From the NCBI GenBank assembly GCA_032718475.1, contig JAUCBJ010008403.1:1-64000 (forward strand): DNA of 64,000 nucleotides. Reading direction: 5' to 3'. This stretch comes from Nemertoderma westbladi (lineage: Eukaryota > Animalia > Xenacoelomorpha). The number at the start of each line of letters is the position of its first letter. Positions within the stretch are counted from its first letter, which is position 1. The notes beneath the pieces are model-generated. The model had not been told where the DNA came from, searched no databases, and saw only the letters and a list, made by a program, of their open reading frames with translations. Below, in pieces: positions 1-13,100 of the stretch. The translations under genes and the position numbers were made by a program.

Positions 1-191
1 TACCTAGCAACGCTATCAGCTGGTTTCAAAATAGAGGTTCAAAAACTAGAGGAACTATTTCAGGAGCCCTTAAAACAACTATAAACACTATTTCATGATT
101 GAATTTAATGGAGTTATCAAGATGAAGTTAACCCTACAGTAACAGTACTCAGACACCGGTCAGCCATTACATTACATTACCACTCAGATTT

Positions 192-1252
192 GGTGTGCGG
201 ACACTTCCCCCCGGACACTTCCCCCCCGGACAGTTCCCCCCCGTTCAAGTAGGACACTTCCCCCCGGACACTTCCCCCCAGACACCCCCCCCCCCCCCCC
301 GACTGTTCTTAACTTTGCACATTATTATTTTTCATTTTGTAAGGTAAACGGACCGCTTGTATCCAGACAAGTTGTATCCAATTTTCCTTTCGTAGCTCAG
401 AAAGTGATCTTTTGCATCCCGATTTTACATTTTATATCCAAGTTTTATTTATGGGTTTTATCAATGCAATTACATTGTATTGTTTTCTAATCTTTAAACA
501 ATTAATTAGATGACCTATAAATTCCATCCCCCGAATGATATACTGTTTTTATTAACTATAGAATTATAATAATTAATTGTTTTAATTATAGGTATTATTA
601 CTCTTCTTCAAATTGTAGCAGATGTGGATGAATATTATTATTGCAATCAAAACTATACCTCTCCAGGGTAAAATCGACATGCATCGACCTGTATTTTGTG
701 TTCAGCATTACATATTGAAAATTAATTAAATTTCCTGGTTACTTGCAATATTTTTAATTGGATTTTGTTGAATTATATAATATTGTAGTAATTTATATAT
801 TAATTTGGTTAACATTCAATACAGCTCTTACTTTAGGCTTAGTCAATTTATTATCTGATGTTACAAAATGAATTGATTATTTCAAAATGGTCTTAAAGTC
901 TTCCACCACGGGCACACAGGGAAATGCCGGGGTTTAGGGGCGCAGCCCCCAACGAAAGAAGAGGGGGTTTACAATAAAAAGAATAACAGACAAAATTTGA
1001 CTATAAAAATGTTTCTTTTATAATTTTGAAAAACCTTGACTAGATACTTGTCCTGTAACCATCTTTAACTTTTGTTAATTGCTTTGGTGCACCCAGATTA
1101 ATTTTAACACTTTAACTGAGGGGGAAGTGTCCGGGGGGGAAGTGTCCTACTTGGACGGGGGGAAGTGTCCGGGGGGGAAGTGTCCGGGGGGAAGTGTCCT
1201 ACTTGGGCGGGGGGGGGGGGGGGGTGTCCGGGGGGGGAAGTGTCCTAGATCC
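192..1252. mobile_element. Non-autonomous Mutator-like/foldback MITE with G/C-run terminal inverted repeats
   Basis: Left end has tandem ggacacttcccccc units (199-300); right end has the reverse-complement ggggggaagtgtcc units (1119-1245). Termini GG...CC. Flanked by a 9-bp near-TSD, ctcagattt (183-191) / ctcagattc (1253-1261). No transposase. Confidence 0.7.
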
Positions 1253-1934
1253 CTCAGATTCACTTCCATTTTATTAATACAGCAACTACCTGCAGCACTA
1301 CAGAAACCCTTTCCTTGGTTCGATTTCATTGTATTAAAACGATGCATAATCGTCTGTACTTGAATACTGTATATTGTATTGTGAATTGGAAATTAAAGTT
1401 ACCTTTCTCTGCAAGTTATGTGTAATATTCTTAATTCAAAAACTTAAATACTAGCGGTAATATTGTTAACTCCCTCTAGCGGCCGATATTGATGTTGTGG
1501 GTCTGTGACCCTCTGTCACACTATATTAAATGTCAATGTTTACCAACTACCTAATAATTAATTGAGAACTACCCATGTCACTCAAATTAAATTCCATGAA
1601 GTGGTTCAAGTGTTATTAATCCTGGACAAATTGATATTTAGCGCCTCCTAGCGGCGGACCCTGTAAATGCACGACGCTAGCACGATGCAAACTCGGTTTA
1701 ATTACTTTGGGGACCGTCTTTTATATACCGGTATATATATACTGTATATATATAATTTATACTGATATATATATAGCAATTGAGGGAAAGGAACAGGTTA
1801 CAGAGGCAGGCTTTTCTAACCATTGGTACCCGTATTCTAAGCTCTGAAGCTGGCGAACTTTCTTGGCTCGCCCCACAGTCTTTGTCAATTTAACCACTGA
1901 TTGTCAGTTCTGTCACAGGCCCTGTGTTACCAGA

Positions 1935-2168
1935 TACTACTACTACGATAAGCATGCTGCATTGCAGCTGCATTATATACATGTTATATAATATATATTA
2001 AGATTGCTCTGCCACAAAATTACGCCACCACAACTCCCTATCACCCATGACATTTGCTAGATCATCCGCATCTTCAAGGCCAGTGTCCTTTAAGATGCGT
2101 CTCAAGAAAGTCATTGTCTGTCCACTATGCTTATTCGCTCCATGAGGCCGCCAAAGCACAAGATTATC
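1935..2168 (-). mobile_element. RTE-type non-LTR retrotransposon 3' fragment (copy 1)
   Basis: Near-duplicate of 2535-2781 (ccacaactccctatcacccatgac...aaagcacaagattat). Confidence 0.6.
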
Positions 2169-2534
2169 TTTAAAACCAATCAGGAAATAGTGATAAACAA
2201 AATGTTATAGATTTATGAGTTTATTATATTAATTTATACATAAAGTTCTGGAACATTTTATTTATGTATGAAATAGCTACCGGTGTGCAATAGAGATATT
2301 GAATTAAGGGAAAGGAATGGGTCACATGTAACCAAAACAATAATGGAGTCAATAGCACTGGTACATTATAATTTTTGCTGGTAATCAATCATATGTTATT
2401 TGCGCGTGTTATTGGCTGCATCCAGGTCATATAACAGGCAGTAATCTGATAATCTGAAAGAGCTTATCTAAAGGAAGTTTGATGCCATTAACAATGCTGA
2501 TGAAAGCAGGCAATAAGCACAGGCACAGCAATAC

Positions 2535-2935
2535 TACTACTACAGATCGTAGTAGTACGATCGGCATGCTGCATTGCAGCTGCATTATATATATTACATA
2601 TATAATAATAATGTTGTGCCGGCTAAAGACAAAATTGCGCCGCCACAACTCCCTATCACCCATGACGTTTGCTAGATCATCCGCATCTTCAAGGCCAGTG
2701 TCTTTTAAGATGCGTCTCAAGAAAGTTATGGGCTGTCCACCGTGCTTATTCGCCCCATGAGGGTGCCAAAGCACAAGATTATGCACTGGCTGGTCCTCAC
2801 GGCGAAAGCAATGTCCTGCAAAGCGTAGGCGGCTCCGTTCAAGTGTCAAGCTAAGTGGAACCAATGAGACACATCCAATGTTATATAGTGTCTGGTTGTA
2901 GATGCGTTCATTGTACTTGACACACAATGAACCCG
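2535..2935 (-). mobile_element. RTE-type non-LTR retrotransposon 3' fragment (copy 2)
   Basis: Translation LERSRLRFAGHCFRREDQPVHNLVLW...DRELWRR matches the RLRxAGHxxR...DRxxWR C-terminus typical of RTE/RTEX ORF2. Confidence 0.7.
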
Positions 2936-4433
2936 GCGCAGCATTCTTGTGAAAGTGCCATCCAAAGATAATTGGACCGTAAGTAATTATTAATAATTGA
3001 ATCTGTGAAATGCAAAAGGGCGTAAGTCCGTTTTTGAGGTTTCGAGTTGAATACATTTTCTAGGGTAAAAAACCTTTGATTGGTCGCGCCATCTAAGCCG
3101 TATCTCTGTTTATTAACGAGATAATTTCATGTAAAACTAAAGGTGGTTTTGATTTCAGTGGAAAAATGGTGTAACTACCAAAGATATACCCTTTTGCATC
3201 CCACCACTTAAAAATTAACCTCATTTTTACACCACTTTATAAATATTGGTTGATGACTCACTCATATTATATGCTAAAAGTTACCTCATTCTTTGATTTG
3301 CTGGACATTTAGTGAGAAATGTGGCGGGAATTCAAAAAGCAGTTTAATCAAGCATGCCCAAACAACATGTGAATACAGGATTAGCCAGCCATAGTCATTT
3401 TGCAGTTTGCAGTTTGCACTAGGCTTACTACATAGGTTACATATTCAGTGGTATTATTACATAAGATATGCTTTTAGGGATTTTAGCGTTTTTAGGATTT
3501 AGATCGAATCTATAACCTGTATTTTTGGTGAAAACCTGGTATTCTTCACACGGGCCTTTTATAGATTATTTTATACATACAGTACAATTAACCAGTTATC
3601 TTCTTAGAAATACCCTACACGATAGCCTATGGTACTGTATGTTTGTTATATGAGGTTGTCAGATTGTTTGAACTGAAAGTTGTACAGTAGGCCTACAATC
3701 CAACTCGATTTTTAAGCTGCTAGGTGACTCAAGTTGTTTGCTATATCCAGATATCGGGTAACGGTGTGACAGTCAATGTCAACCTCACAGTAGTGTCGTC
3801 AGCTACCCGGTATCATGTAATACCATAGGGCTGCTAATGATAGTTTTTCTGCCTCTATGCTAATACAGTAGAAGGACGTTATTTGTAAATACTTCTTGCT
3901 GTAAATTTCAGTCACTTTTTCTTTGAAATTGTGAGATTTAAAATCACCTTTAAATTTTGCTCTATAAGAAATATACTAAAAAAATCTGAAATGATTACCC
4001 GTTTAAATTTTTGTAAAATACTAGATTTTCACCTGTGGTTAAATCAGTATTATTCTTCAACCTATTTTAACTTTCTACACAAAGACCTCCTCATATTTTT
4101 ATATCTAGTTTTCAAATAAAGTCAATTTAATGAGTATAATGTTAATTTAGAGGCTTACAAGTTTTATGCAAATTTCCAAAGAATATGAATTTATATAAAA
4201 AAAAAATACATGCAAAATAGAAAGGTCTAAACTGTTGTAACCCCTTCAGGCATAAATAAACTATTTCTTGGCAGTTATTGCAAATGAGGTGTATCTTTTT
4301 ATAGAGGCAAAAAAAGGTGTACCTTTTTTTTTACTTTTAAAATTTTTTCACAATAATAATGGTGGAAAGCTATTATTGCACTTAAAAAACCCCCAAAAGC
4401 AAAAATATCTAATTTTATGTCAACATTTTATTG

Positions 4434-6187
4434 ATGTAATTTAAAAGGAAACAATATTCCCAAATTGGAACACTTTAATAAAATAACAATGGATGAGGCA
4501 GAAAAGCTAATAAAGAACTCAAAATCTAAATCTAGTACCATGGATCCGATTCCCACGCAATTAGTAAAACATTCAATAAAATTGTTGCTACCAGTGATTA
4601 TGTTAATTATTAATTTATCAATTACAACTGCTACTGTGCCGACTCTATTCAAGGAAGCTGTGTTAACACCAGTCATAAAGAAAGCACGATTAAACCCTGA
4701 GATACTTAGGAACTTTAGGCCGGTGTCTAATCTGATATATTTAGCAAAGTTAACAGAAAGGGTGATTGCAAACCAGCTGATGACTCATATGAACATAAAT
4801 AAATTGTATGAACCTTTACAGAGCGCGTACAGACCCTTACACGGAACGGAGACCGCGTTGCTTAAGGTAAGCGACGACATATTACGCAAAATCGATTCGG
4901 GATCGGGAGTACTTCTCGTCTTATTAGACCTTAGTGCTGCCTTCGACACGGTCGACCACGTTAAACTGTTGGACACTCTAGATCGAGAAATCGGGGTTGA
5001 GGGAATCGCCCTGGACTGGTTCAGATCGTACTTGTCGAATAGGTCACAACAGGTTCGCATTAATGCAAAATATTCGAACCGGTTGGATTTGCTGTACGGG
5101 CTGCCACAAGGATCGGTACTTGGGCCTATATTATTTTCGATATACACTCGTTCGCTTTCAAATGTTATTCGCAACCACGGCCTCTCGTATCATTTGTACG
5201 CGGACGATACACAGCTATACATTAGTTTTAAACCTATTAATTCGTCCGTCGCTGTTGAGGTGACTGAACGTTGCGTGGCCGATGTAAAGAAGTGGATGGA
5301 AGATAATTTATTGAAAATGAACTCAGATAAAACGGAGATTATCCTTCTGCAGTCCCGTTTCGGTAAACAACTAACGCCCCCTAACATACAAATAGGGGAT
5401 GACCTGATCAGCTGCAGCGACAAGGCACGTAATATAGGTTTCATCGTGGATTCAAATCTGACATACAGCAATCAAATAAGTACAACGGTCCGAGATGCAT
5501 TTCTTCATCTTCGAAGTTTGGCTAAAATTAAACGGTACCTCAGCAGACATGACCTTGAAATCTTAATTCACGCCTTTGTCACAAACAAACTCGACAGCAA
5601 CAACTCATTATATTATGGATTACCCTCGAAGTCAATCAAAAAATTACAATATGTACAGAATTCCGCAGCGCGACTGCTAGAGGGCGTTAAGAAACAAGAG
5701 CACATCACTCCAGTCCTTAAACGTTTGCATTGGTTACCTGTAAATTTACGGATCAAATTTAAAATAGCTTTGTTGACATTCAAGTGTTTACATGGTGCTG
5801 CTCCTGCCTACTTGACCCATTTAATAACTCCCTATGTACCTCCACGACAATTACGGTCTGCTGATAAGGGACTTCTATTTGTACCGCAGTTTTACTTGCA
5901 TAATTACGGGAGACGGGCGTTCTCAATTGCGGCACCAACAATCTGGAACTCCCTCCCGCAAGAAGTTAGAGATGCCACGACGCTGACTCTGTTTAAATCG
6001 CGACTCAAAACTCACCTGTACAAAGAGGAATATTGCTGATTTTTATTTAATATTGTTCAAACTTTTTAGTTATTAATTAATTCTCTGTACGTAGCCTTTT
6101 TAGTTGGTTTCAAATAGTTTTTAAGCGCCTTGAAATATGTTCAGAAAGGCGCTATATAAATATATATTATTATTATTATTATTATTA
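4434..6187 (+). mobile_element. 5'-truncated L2/CR1-group LINE
   Basis: RT-only ORF, 3' UTR stem-loop agcgcctt...aaggcgct (6124-6153) and (tat)n tail (~6165-6187). The 5' boundary is approximate. Confidence 0.85.
4465..6039 (+). CDS. LINE ORF2 reverse transcriptase (partial, no endonuclease)
   Basis: Motifs NFRPVSNL, LLDLSAAFDTVDH, GLPQGSVLGP, YADDTQLY, HITPVLKRLHWLP; uninterrupted 524 codons. Confidence 0.93.
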   Translation: MEHFNKITMDEAEKLIKNSKSKSSTMDPIPTQLVKHSIKLLLPVIMLIINLSITTATVPTLFKEAVLTPVIKKARLNPEILRNFRPVSNLIYLAKLTERVIANQLMTHMNINKLYEPLQSAYRPLHGTETALLKVSDDILRKIDSGSGVLLVLLDLSAAFDTVDHVKLLDTLDREIGVEGIALDWFRSYLSNRSQQVRINAKYSNRLDLLYGLPQGSVLGPILFSIYTRSLSNVIRNHGLSYHLYADDTQLYISFKPINSSVAVEVTERCVADVKKWMEDNLLKMNSDKTEIILLQSRFGKQLTPPNIQIGDDLISCSDKARNIGFIVDSNLTYSNQISTTVRDAFLHLRSLAKIKRYLSRHDLEILIHAFVTNKLDSNNSLYYGLPSKSIKKLQYVQNSAARLLEGVKKQEHITPVLKRLHWLPVNLRIKFKIALLTFKCLHGAAPAYLTHLITPYVPPRQLRSADKGLLFVPQFYLHNYGRRAFSIAAPTIWNSLPQEVRDATTLTLFKSRLKTHLYKEEYC

Positions 6188-6313
6188 AAAGCTTTTGGAA
6201 TAATTAAGTTTTTTAAATTTTTCTCATTTGTGCATTTTGGTAGTTACACCCTTTTGCAAAACCAAGCGCTTCAATTACTTAGGTAATTATTGGACTCTCA
6301 TATAAGAGTATAT

Positions 6314-7990
6314 CTAAGTTACCAGAAAAAAATCAGCATTGAGTTTTTAACATGAGATCCTCTTAGAACCAACTGCGATGTTTAATTTATTAGTTGTAAC
6401 AGAAGCGGGAAATTCAAATAATATTAATAATGTCTGGGGGTTGTGAACAATCTACTACACATAGACACGCGTCAAAAGGGATGGAATTGGGTTTCTTTTA
6501 TTTTTTTATTAAATCGATAATTATGTTGCATTACGTAAAATACCAGCTACAATTGTAACATATTTGTTGCGTTTTGAAATAAAGTTTGTAGTAGATTAAA
6601 TTATTACAGGTTATTTATTTTGAGCGAAACATGAATCCAATCAGCATATGATTACTACATACAAATATAGTTTCGTTATGTTGGCCTTCTCAGTAAGGTA
6701 AGTATTTCCGCTTCTACGTATTGTTGCAATTTCAGTAACAAGTTAGGTAACTTTTATCCTCATTTCAATAAATACTGTACTTTGAAATGGTCTAGTAACG
6801 TTACACTACGTAAAATACCATCTAAAATTTTCACAGGTTTGTTGCGGTTTGAAATAAAGTTTGTAGTAGATTAAATTATTACAGGTTATTTATCTTGAGC
6901 GAAACATGAATCCAATCAGCATATGATTACTACATACAAATATAGTTTCGTTATCTTGGCCTTCTCAGTAAGGTAAGTATTTCCGCTTCTACGTATTGTT
7001 TCAATTTCAGGTAACTTTTATCCTCATATGAATTATTTGAATTGATCCTATTTTCACTCCATTTAAGGGTTTCCAATAAGTTTAAACCGTCAAGTAATCG
7101 GATTTTGTTCTGTCGCCTTTCGTATGTAATAAAAACCAATCCAAAACTCTTTTATTGGTGTTCCGAATCCCTCACCTCAATAATTCTTATCATGGTGCAT
7201 TCGAATGATAGTTAACCATAAATTCGTTTCATTATTAACAGTTATTCCGCCTGCCACAATGTTACAAATATCTTTAATTTTGTAATATTCCCAAGTTTCA
7301 ATTCCCGTTACATTATGACTTGCATTTATCATATAAACTGTTTTCCTTCTCAAGTTGATCTTTATTTATTTCAAGTACAACTTGAAGGTTCAACTCGTCA
7401 ATTAATATTTCGTTATAATCAGCAATCCTTTCGTCTAATAGATTGTGAACTTTCTCGTGCTTGTACACTATTTTATCTCTAATTGTAATATAATTAATTA
7501 GTTCTTTACAAGTTCTTGTGAAGTAGGCTCCCGTGTTGCTTTTAAAATTTGAAAGTAATGGGTTCGATCCTGGTTCAGATGTTTTGGTTTAAAGTTTATC
7601 CAGTTTCATTTACAGCCAGCTTTTAATTTCTTTTTATTTTACTTACGAGTGTCTTTACTGTTTACATATGAAAGTGTTTTGATGAATTTAGATGAATCTT
7701 AAGTTACCAGAAAAAAATCAGCATTGAGTTTTTAAAAGAGATCCTCTCCAAACAAAAATTGCGATGTTTAATTTATTAGTTGTTAAAGAAGCGAGAAATT
7801 CAAATGATGTAAGTAATGTCCGGGAATTGTTGCAATTATTTATTACGGTTTATTACGATTTATTACTGATTATTAAGGTATATGATTACTACAAATATTA
7901 GGTTTCGTTATTTATATCTACTCAGCATCAGCACGTATTTCTGCTTGATATTGTTTCAATCTCAGCCACTAGTTAGGTAACTTTTATCCT
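6314..7990. repeat. Local duplications of the FReD 3' end/3' UTR
   Basis: 6314-6440 resembles 7697-7830; ~278-bp tandem 6530-6770 / 6807-7027; ggtaacttttatcctcat (end of the FReD CDS) occurs three times (~6746, 7010, 7976). Confidence 0.75.
7007..7560 (-). pseudogene. Decayed fibrinogen-related-domain (FReD) paralogue
   Basis: Minus-strand pieces translate NLWLTIIR...EGFGTPIKEFWIGFYYIRKAT (FReD GFG...EFWLG motif) and TYWKPLNGVKIGSIQIIHMRIKVT*, with stops, frameshifts and the middle of the domain missing. Confidence 0.65.
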
Positions 7991-8202
7991 CATTTCTATG
8001 CTTTGCAATGGTCCTGTTTTCTCTCCATTTCGTTTCCAATATGTTTTACTCATCTGTCCAAATAAATACGCCCCTGGCTCGCAATAATCAGGATTTGTCC
8101 AATAATAGGAGTGCCACCACCCCTTAACCCCAGGGCAATATTTATCGCTATCCGCATTGAAATGAATCCAACCTTGGTTATCATTGAAGTAATACGTGTT
8201 AT
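7973..8202 (-). CDS. Last coding exon of a host fibrinogen-related-domain (FReD/FREP-like) gene
   Basis: After acceptor tattattag (phase 1): NTYYFNDNQGWIHFNADSDKYCPGVKGWWHSYYWTNPDYCEPGAYLFGQMSKTYWKRNGEKTGPLQSIEMRIKVT*. This fits the FReD C-terminal pattern D-x-D..C..GWW..C..L-x-G..W..L..EM-x-I. Not in the ORF track because it has no early start codon. Confidence 0.75.
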
Positions 8203-8286
8203 CTAATAATAATAAAAATTTATATATGTATTAATTTGATTGTCAAGCAAGATGAGTAAAGGGCTACGATTTACTTCAACACCAAA

Positions 8287-9376
8287 TGTCGAGGCATTTA
8301 AGACAAGATTAATTTTACAGTTCTCAATGGTAATATAAAGTTCGATCGCGTAACCCAATTTCGAAGTTCAAACACCCCACTAGACCTAGTCAGTCGTAAA
8401 GTACTAATTGCCTCGGTGTACCCACGAATCCGTGGGAGCACTTATACAACGGATCGTTACTTTGATACAATAGGTGGGACGTAAAGTACAGTAGATATTG
8501 ATGGCTGTAAACTGAAATTAGGGGGGGATATGTTGTAATATACGTGTAGACAGTTCCGTTTCACTACGTTGTATGCAAGTATTCGTAATTATGACTTATT
8601 ATGAATTAATAATGAAACATTTGTGAAAGGTCTAGGTATAGGGTAAGTATACTTATTACTCGTACTATTGAATCGATATTGCTATACATTGATCTTAAAT
8701 ATATTTGTTATGAATGCTTGTGTTCGTGTTGGTAAATAATATTACAGTGTTGGATGTCATACACACTCAATACGTTTGAACCGTTGTCGCCTGTAGGGCA
8801 ATACTCGAAGTTAGCAACTCACCTATTATGGTGGTAAATAAAACGAGATGTTTCCTTTAAACAATGTTAATACATAATGAGCAACAACGATAATAACAGC
8901 AATAATAACAATAAATCAATGTTAACTATGTAAGCATGTAAGATAAGCATGTAAAAGGGTAAGTAAGTGAAAGTAAGTGAAAGTAAGTGAAAGTAAGGTA
9001 ATAGTCTAGACCTCTTAGATCTTATGAGGTCTATTTAGGTGGTTTGAGGGTAATAATATAAAGGTTACGCCTACAAAATGAACTAAATCTAAACTATAAA
9101 TACAATTGTCACAGAAGGACGGCCACTGGTAGTAGTAGCCAATGAGGACCCACAAACATGAAAGCAACACTACTCGCTATCTGTAAGCTGAGTGCAGACT
9201 TTCTGAGCCGACCAATAGGAGAAATAGGCAGACTAAATACAAATATCAGATTTACCAGCACGAATAAGTAGTGGGGCTAGCCGTGTATCTGAATAGCTAT
9301 ATTGCTGTACACAACACATATTATACAGTAACACTAGCGTTACATAGATTTTGGGGCTTGTGGAGCTGCATCAAAA
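8287..9376 (-). repeat. 3' LTR of element A (1090 bp)
   Basis: Matches 27445-28528; element-sense termini TTTTGATG...CGACA. Confidence 0.95.
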
Positions 9377-9385
9377 CCGTTCCCT
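9377..9385 (-). other. Short polypurine tract of element A
   Basis: Sense (tttt)agggaacgg abuts the 3' LTR; homologous to gggagcgg in B and C. Confidence 0.75.
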
Positions 9386-10193
9386 AAAATAACCGATAGG
9401 ACTACTACACAATTATTATCAATGTCTGAACGTGGGGCGAGACACAGTCAGCGAGCCTTAGAATGCAGTTCATATAGGGCAAGTGAAATGGGGCATGTCC
9501 ATCTGTCTGTCTGGTAAATGTTTGAACGCGAATTTCGTGGCATCGCTGATATAATCGCTCAATTTCAATTTGTATCTCATAACTGAGCCTCATGCTGCGC
9601 GAAGGCCCCACAAATGTGTACAATGCAGTAAGTACAAGCAATGGACGAATAGGCCAATATGAATATAAAACAAACAAGCAATTACTAGATTATCAATGCA
9701 GTTCTGTAGTTCGTACCGGCTGACCAGTTTGCAGGTATCAGTTGTCAGTACGAGTACACCCGTAGGCTGCTGCAGTAATGGACATACAAATACTGCTACT
9801 GCTCCTGCCAGCCTGCTGGTACGGTACCGGTACATATCTGCATATTGAGATACAAATCTACAACTACAAGACCAAGTCAAATAAAGTCTGACTGTCCTAA
9901 ATTAGGCCTAAATATTTTACAAACAGTTTGAAGGCCGGCATAAAACAAAGGTACTGGTACCAGTATTGCAGTCTTCAAATCAATGTTGTTACATCGTAGT
10001 TCAGTAGTTCGTAAGTACAGTATAGTAATATAAAATTTTAATTATTGCTCGCTTTTACACAGTTACAGAGGCATGCAAGTAGGACTGTCGGTAATTTTAT
10101 CAGCTCAGACAAGCTACACGAGCTGACGAGTCCAATATCGAATAGGCTTATTCTATTCCTGTATTCCTAGTTTGAAGTTACGCCTACTTCTTC

Positions 10194-13100
10194 TTAGTGT
10201 AGGGCAGTAGGGTAGACCTTTTTTTTTTTTTTGGTCCTTTTCATAAATGGTCGTTTTCTTCGTTTTATATGACTATGTATATGCGTTTGAGTGTCGGCTG
10301 GAGGATGGATGGAGTCGAGGACGACTTCCATGAGAGCTTCGTCGGGAACCGGATGTATGTCGACAATATCGGACGATAAGGTATCTGCGTTATCGGTTCT
10401 GATAGATGTACCAGGCGAGGGTTCTGGTTCGGATATCCTCAGTAGTGTTGGAGGATCCGGTCGCTTTGGGATATCGGCACCAACTACAGGTACGATTGAG
10501 ACGGTTTGGGTGGCGACGCCACCTATTGTACCGGTATCATTTCCCATAAAGATTCGAGGTTGAACCGCCTTAAGGATCGCGCGTTCATGGTGAGCATGTT
10601 CAACCGGAACACGGTAACATTTTAAGAGCTCCGGGTGGCCCTTTAAGAACACCGGGCCGTATCCTTCGGCATTCTTTATGAAGCTGATTATGTTGTAGCT
10701 TTCCGCTCGCCCAGGATTGAGGGTACGGAGGAATGCGCGCACAAGCCGAGTGTTAGTACAGGCAGCTATCCGGTTAAGCATTTCATAACTGGGCAACCAA
10801 GCGCGCTGTTCCTCGCGTGCGTGCGCGAATGGATTTACCGCGTATATGCCGAACTGAACTTTTGTCGTTCCGTGTCGCAATGATGATACAGAGTTCAAAT
10901 CAGCGAAGCTCTCCCAGGCTCGAATATATTTATTGATATCTGTTTCATCATCGCGGTTGATATCGACATTGAAGGGGCAGTCTGGGCCGGCGTGTCCTTT
11001 GAAATGCACCGCTCACATTGGGTGACGAAGACGGTACAAGTAAAAAATGTGTGGTCACCGCTGTCTCGGCAATATGGGCAATATATGTTAATGTCGGCGT
11101 ATCCCGTATGATACTCGCACAGAGCTCCGGGCTGGGTCGGAGTCCTATGTGTCCTTAGACCGCAATGTCGGCATCTGCTTCGCTTAGGGATAACGGAGTT
11201 TCGGTATTTACGGATTGTCAGTTTTTCAACACCACAATACCATTCTAATAGTTTGGTATCATCATCTACGACTGGCGTTGGGGTGTCTACGATAGGGGAG
11301 GCCTCCAAACGGGTAGGTTTCTCGAGATTTCCCGTGGGGTCCGGCGCTATGGTTTGGACTTCGGTTACGGAGAACCCAGGGGATACTATTGGCCGTTCCA
11401 AAATGGTCCGATGGAGGTTCGAGGTACAAACTTCCTTAAATATGGCAAATCCACTGGTCGCCAATTCGTCCGCTGCAGAGCGACGTTGTTCCCTATGTGT
11501 TAACGCAGATTTATCACGGAACTGGCTATCAATGTTGGCAAACGGTTTCAAGAACCGCCGAAAGCATTCAAAGGCAATAAACTTACCAGACCCGTCAACC
11601 TTAGCAAGTTGTGTTCCGAGTAATAGCGGGTGTGTTCGTAGGGTCCGACTGCAGGTATCGGCTAGCCATCCTGACAGAGCAGAGTTCTTATATAACAAAT
11701 ACATGGCTAGCGAGGGACGTAGAGGTACGCTCATGAAGCTGTATACTGTTCCAGGGGCGGTTAATGGACCGTGAAAATAATACGAGGAGTAAGATTCTCC
11801 GTATATATCATGATAAGCATTCTGATCACCTTCCTTAAAGTTCCAGCCATATTCCTGGAACGCAATATGGCCGGATGACGTGCGTTTAACTTGACTGAAG
11901 TGGTCTGTATTATTATGGCGATATGTAATGCGGAAGAAACCGCGGGATTGAGCCCAAGGGAGGATGACCTGTGTATCGACAAAGGGATACGGTATATCCA
12001 TAACTATGGGAAAGTCCTCCTGCAGGTCGCTATAAATGGCAGATCCCATTTTATATATTGATTCGTCCAATAATATGTCCAAGACAGGTCTCGGAAGTAG
12101 CGCGGCGTCAATTCCCATGGCTGGATGGCGGTTGGTACTCCGCACATAAGCCTCAGCCTTTACGAATTGTTGATGCTTAGCGCGTCGCTGAGGGGGAGTG
12201 AGGTTAGGGAATACACAGTCAGTACCCTTACACGTACGCGTGAATACGTGGGTGGCTCCTGTAAGGCCTCGAACGTGTATCAAACGGGCCGAGCCGAGTT
12301 CCCAGTCTGGTACGCTACCCTCGTTGTCATATATCATGACGCCGTAACTGCGGATGGATTCGAGAGTATGTCTCCATGCAGCTTGAGCCGTCGCATAGCT
12401 GGTCTCTACCGGTTCCCACAAAGCGTCCAACAACCCAGCTTCTCCTCTCGCTATGGTTATGGACTGGTAGCTGGGCATGGGTTTGTCGTCTACAAAAGTT
12501 AGACCATCCTCCTCGAAAACTACATCAAGATTCCAATGAATCAATCTCCGGTGGTCCATGAAGATCGCCAGATTCATCGGTGGTCTGGGAGTGGCCTCGA
12601 TCGTTACGATGTTGTACGGTCTTTTAAATGAATTTAATTTAACAAGGTAATCCAGGTGTTGTTGGAGTATTTCTAGTTCAGTTATATCCATAGGATTTAT
12701 TAAAGGAAGGAACCGCATGTCAACGTTTGGATTCTCCGGCTGTATTACGTAGTGCTGTTGAAGCATCACGAATAGCGGATGGTTTTTGATCCCGTAAAAC
12801 GGTGGGTGTAAAGGTCGCCGCCGGATGTTGGTGGAGCGGACCGCTTCCCGGATTACGTCAGCTCGAGTTTTATCCGGTGGGACTAACTCGCCGTCGACAC
12901 GGAGTGGTTCCATCATTGGGGCGTCTAGCATGGGGGCATCAGCTAGGGCGCAAGCAGTTTGCGTTGGGTCGCTGAATAACTGTGGTTGGGTAGACCCAAA
13001 TGCCTTAAACTTCATCGACGGATGTACATACCGGGTTACTTGGAAGCCTTCCATCAGAGTTTGTACGTAAGGCTGCCGGTACGTAGCGAGTTCCTCTTCC

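Noticed and set aside
1079-1363. Gly/Pro-rich ORFs
   Set aside because: Artefacts of the MITE G/C-run repeats.
6951-7139. 62-aa ORF as a Penelope GIY-YIG remnant
   Set aside because: Other frames give clear FReD motifs paralogous to 7973-8202.
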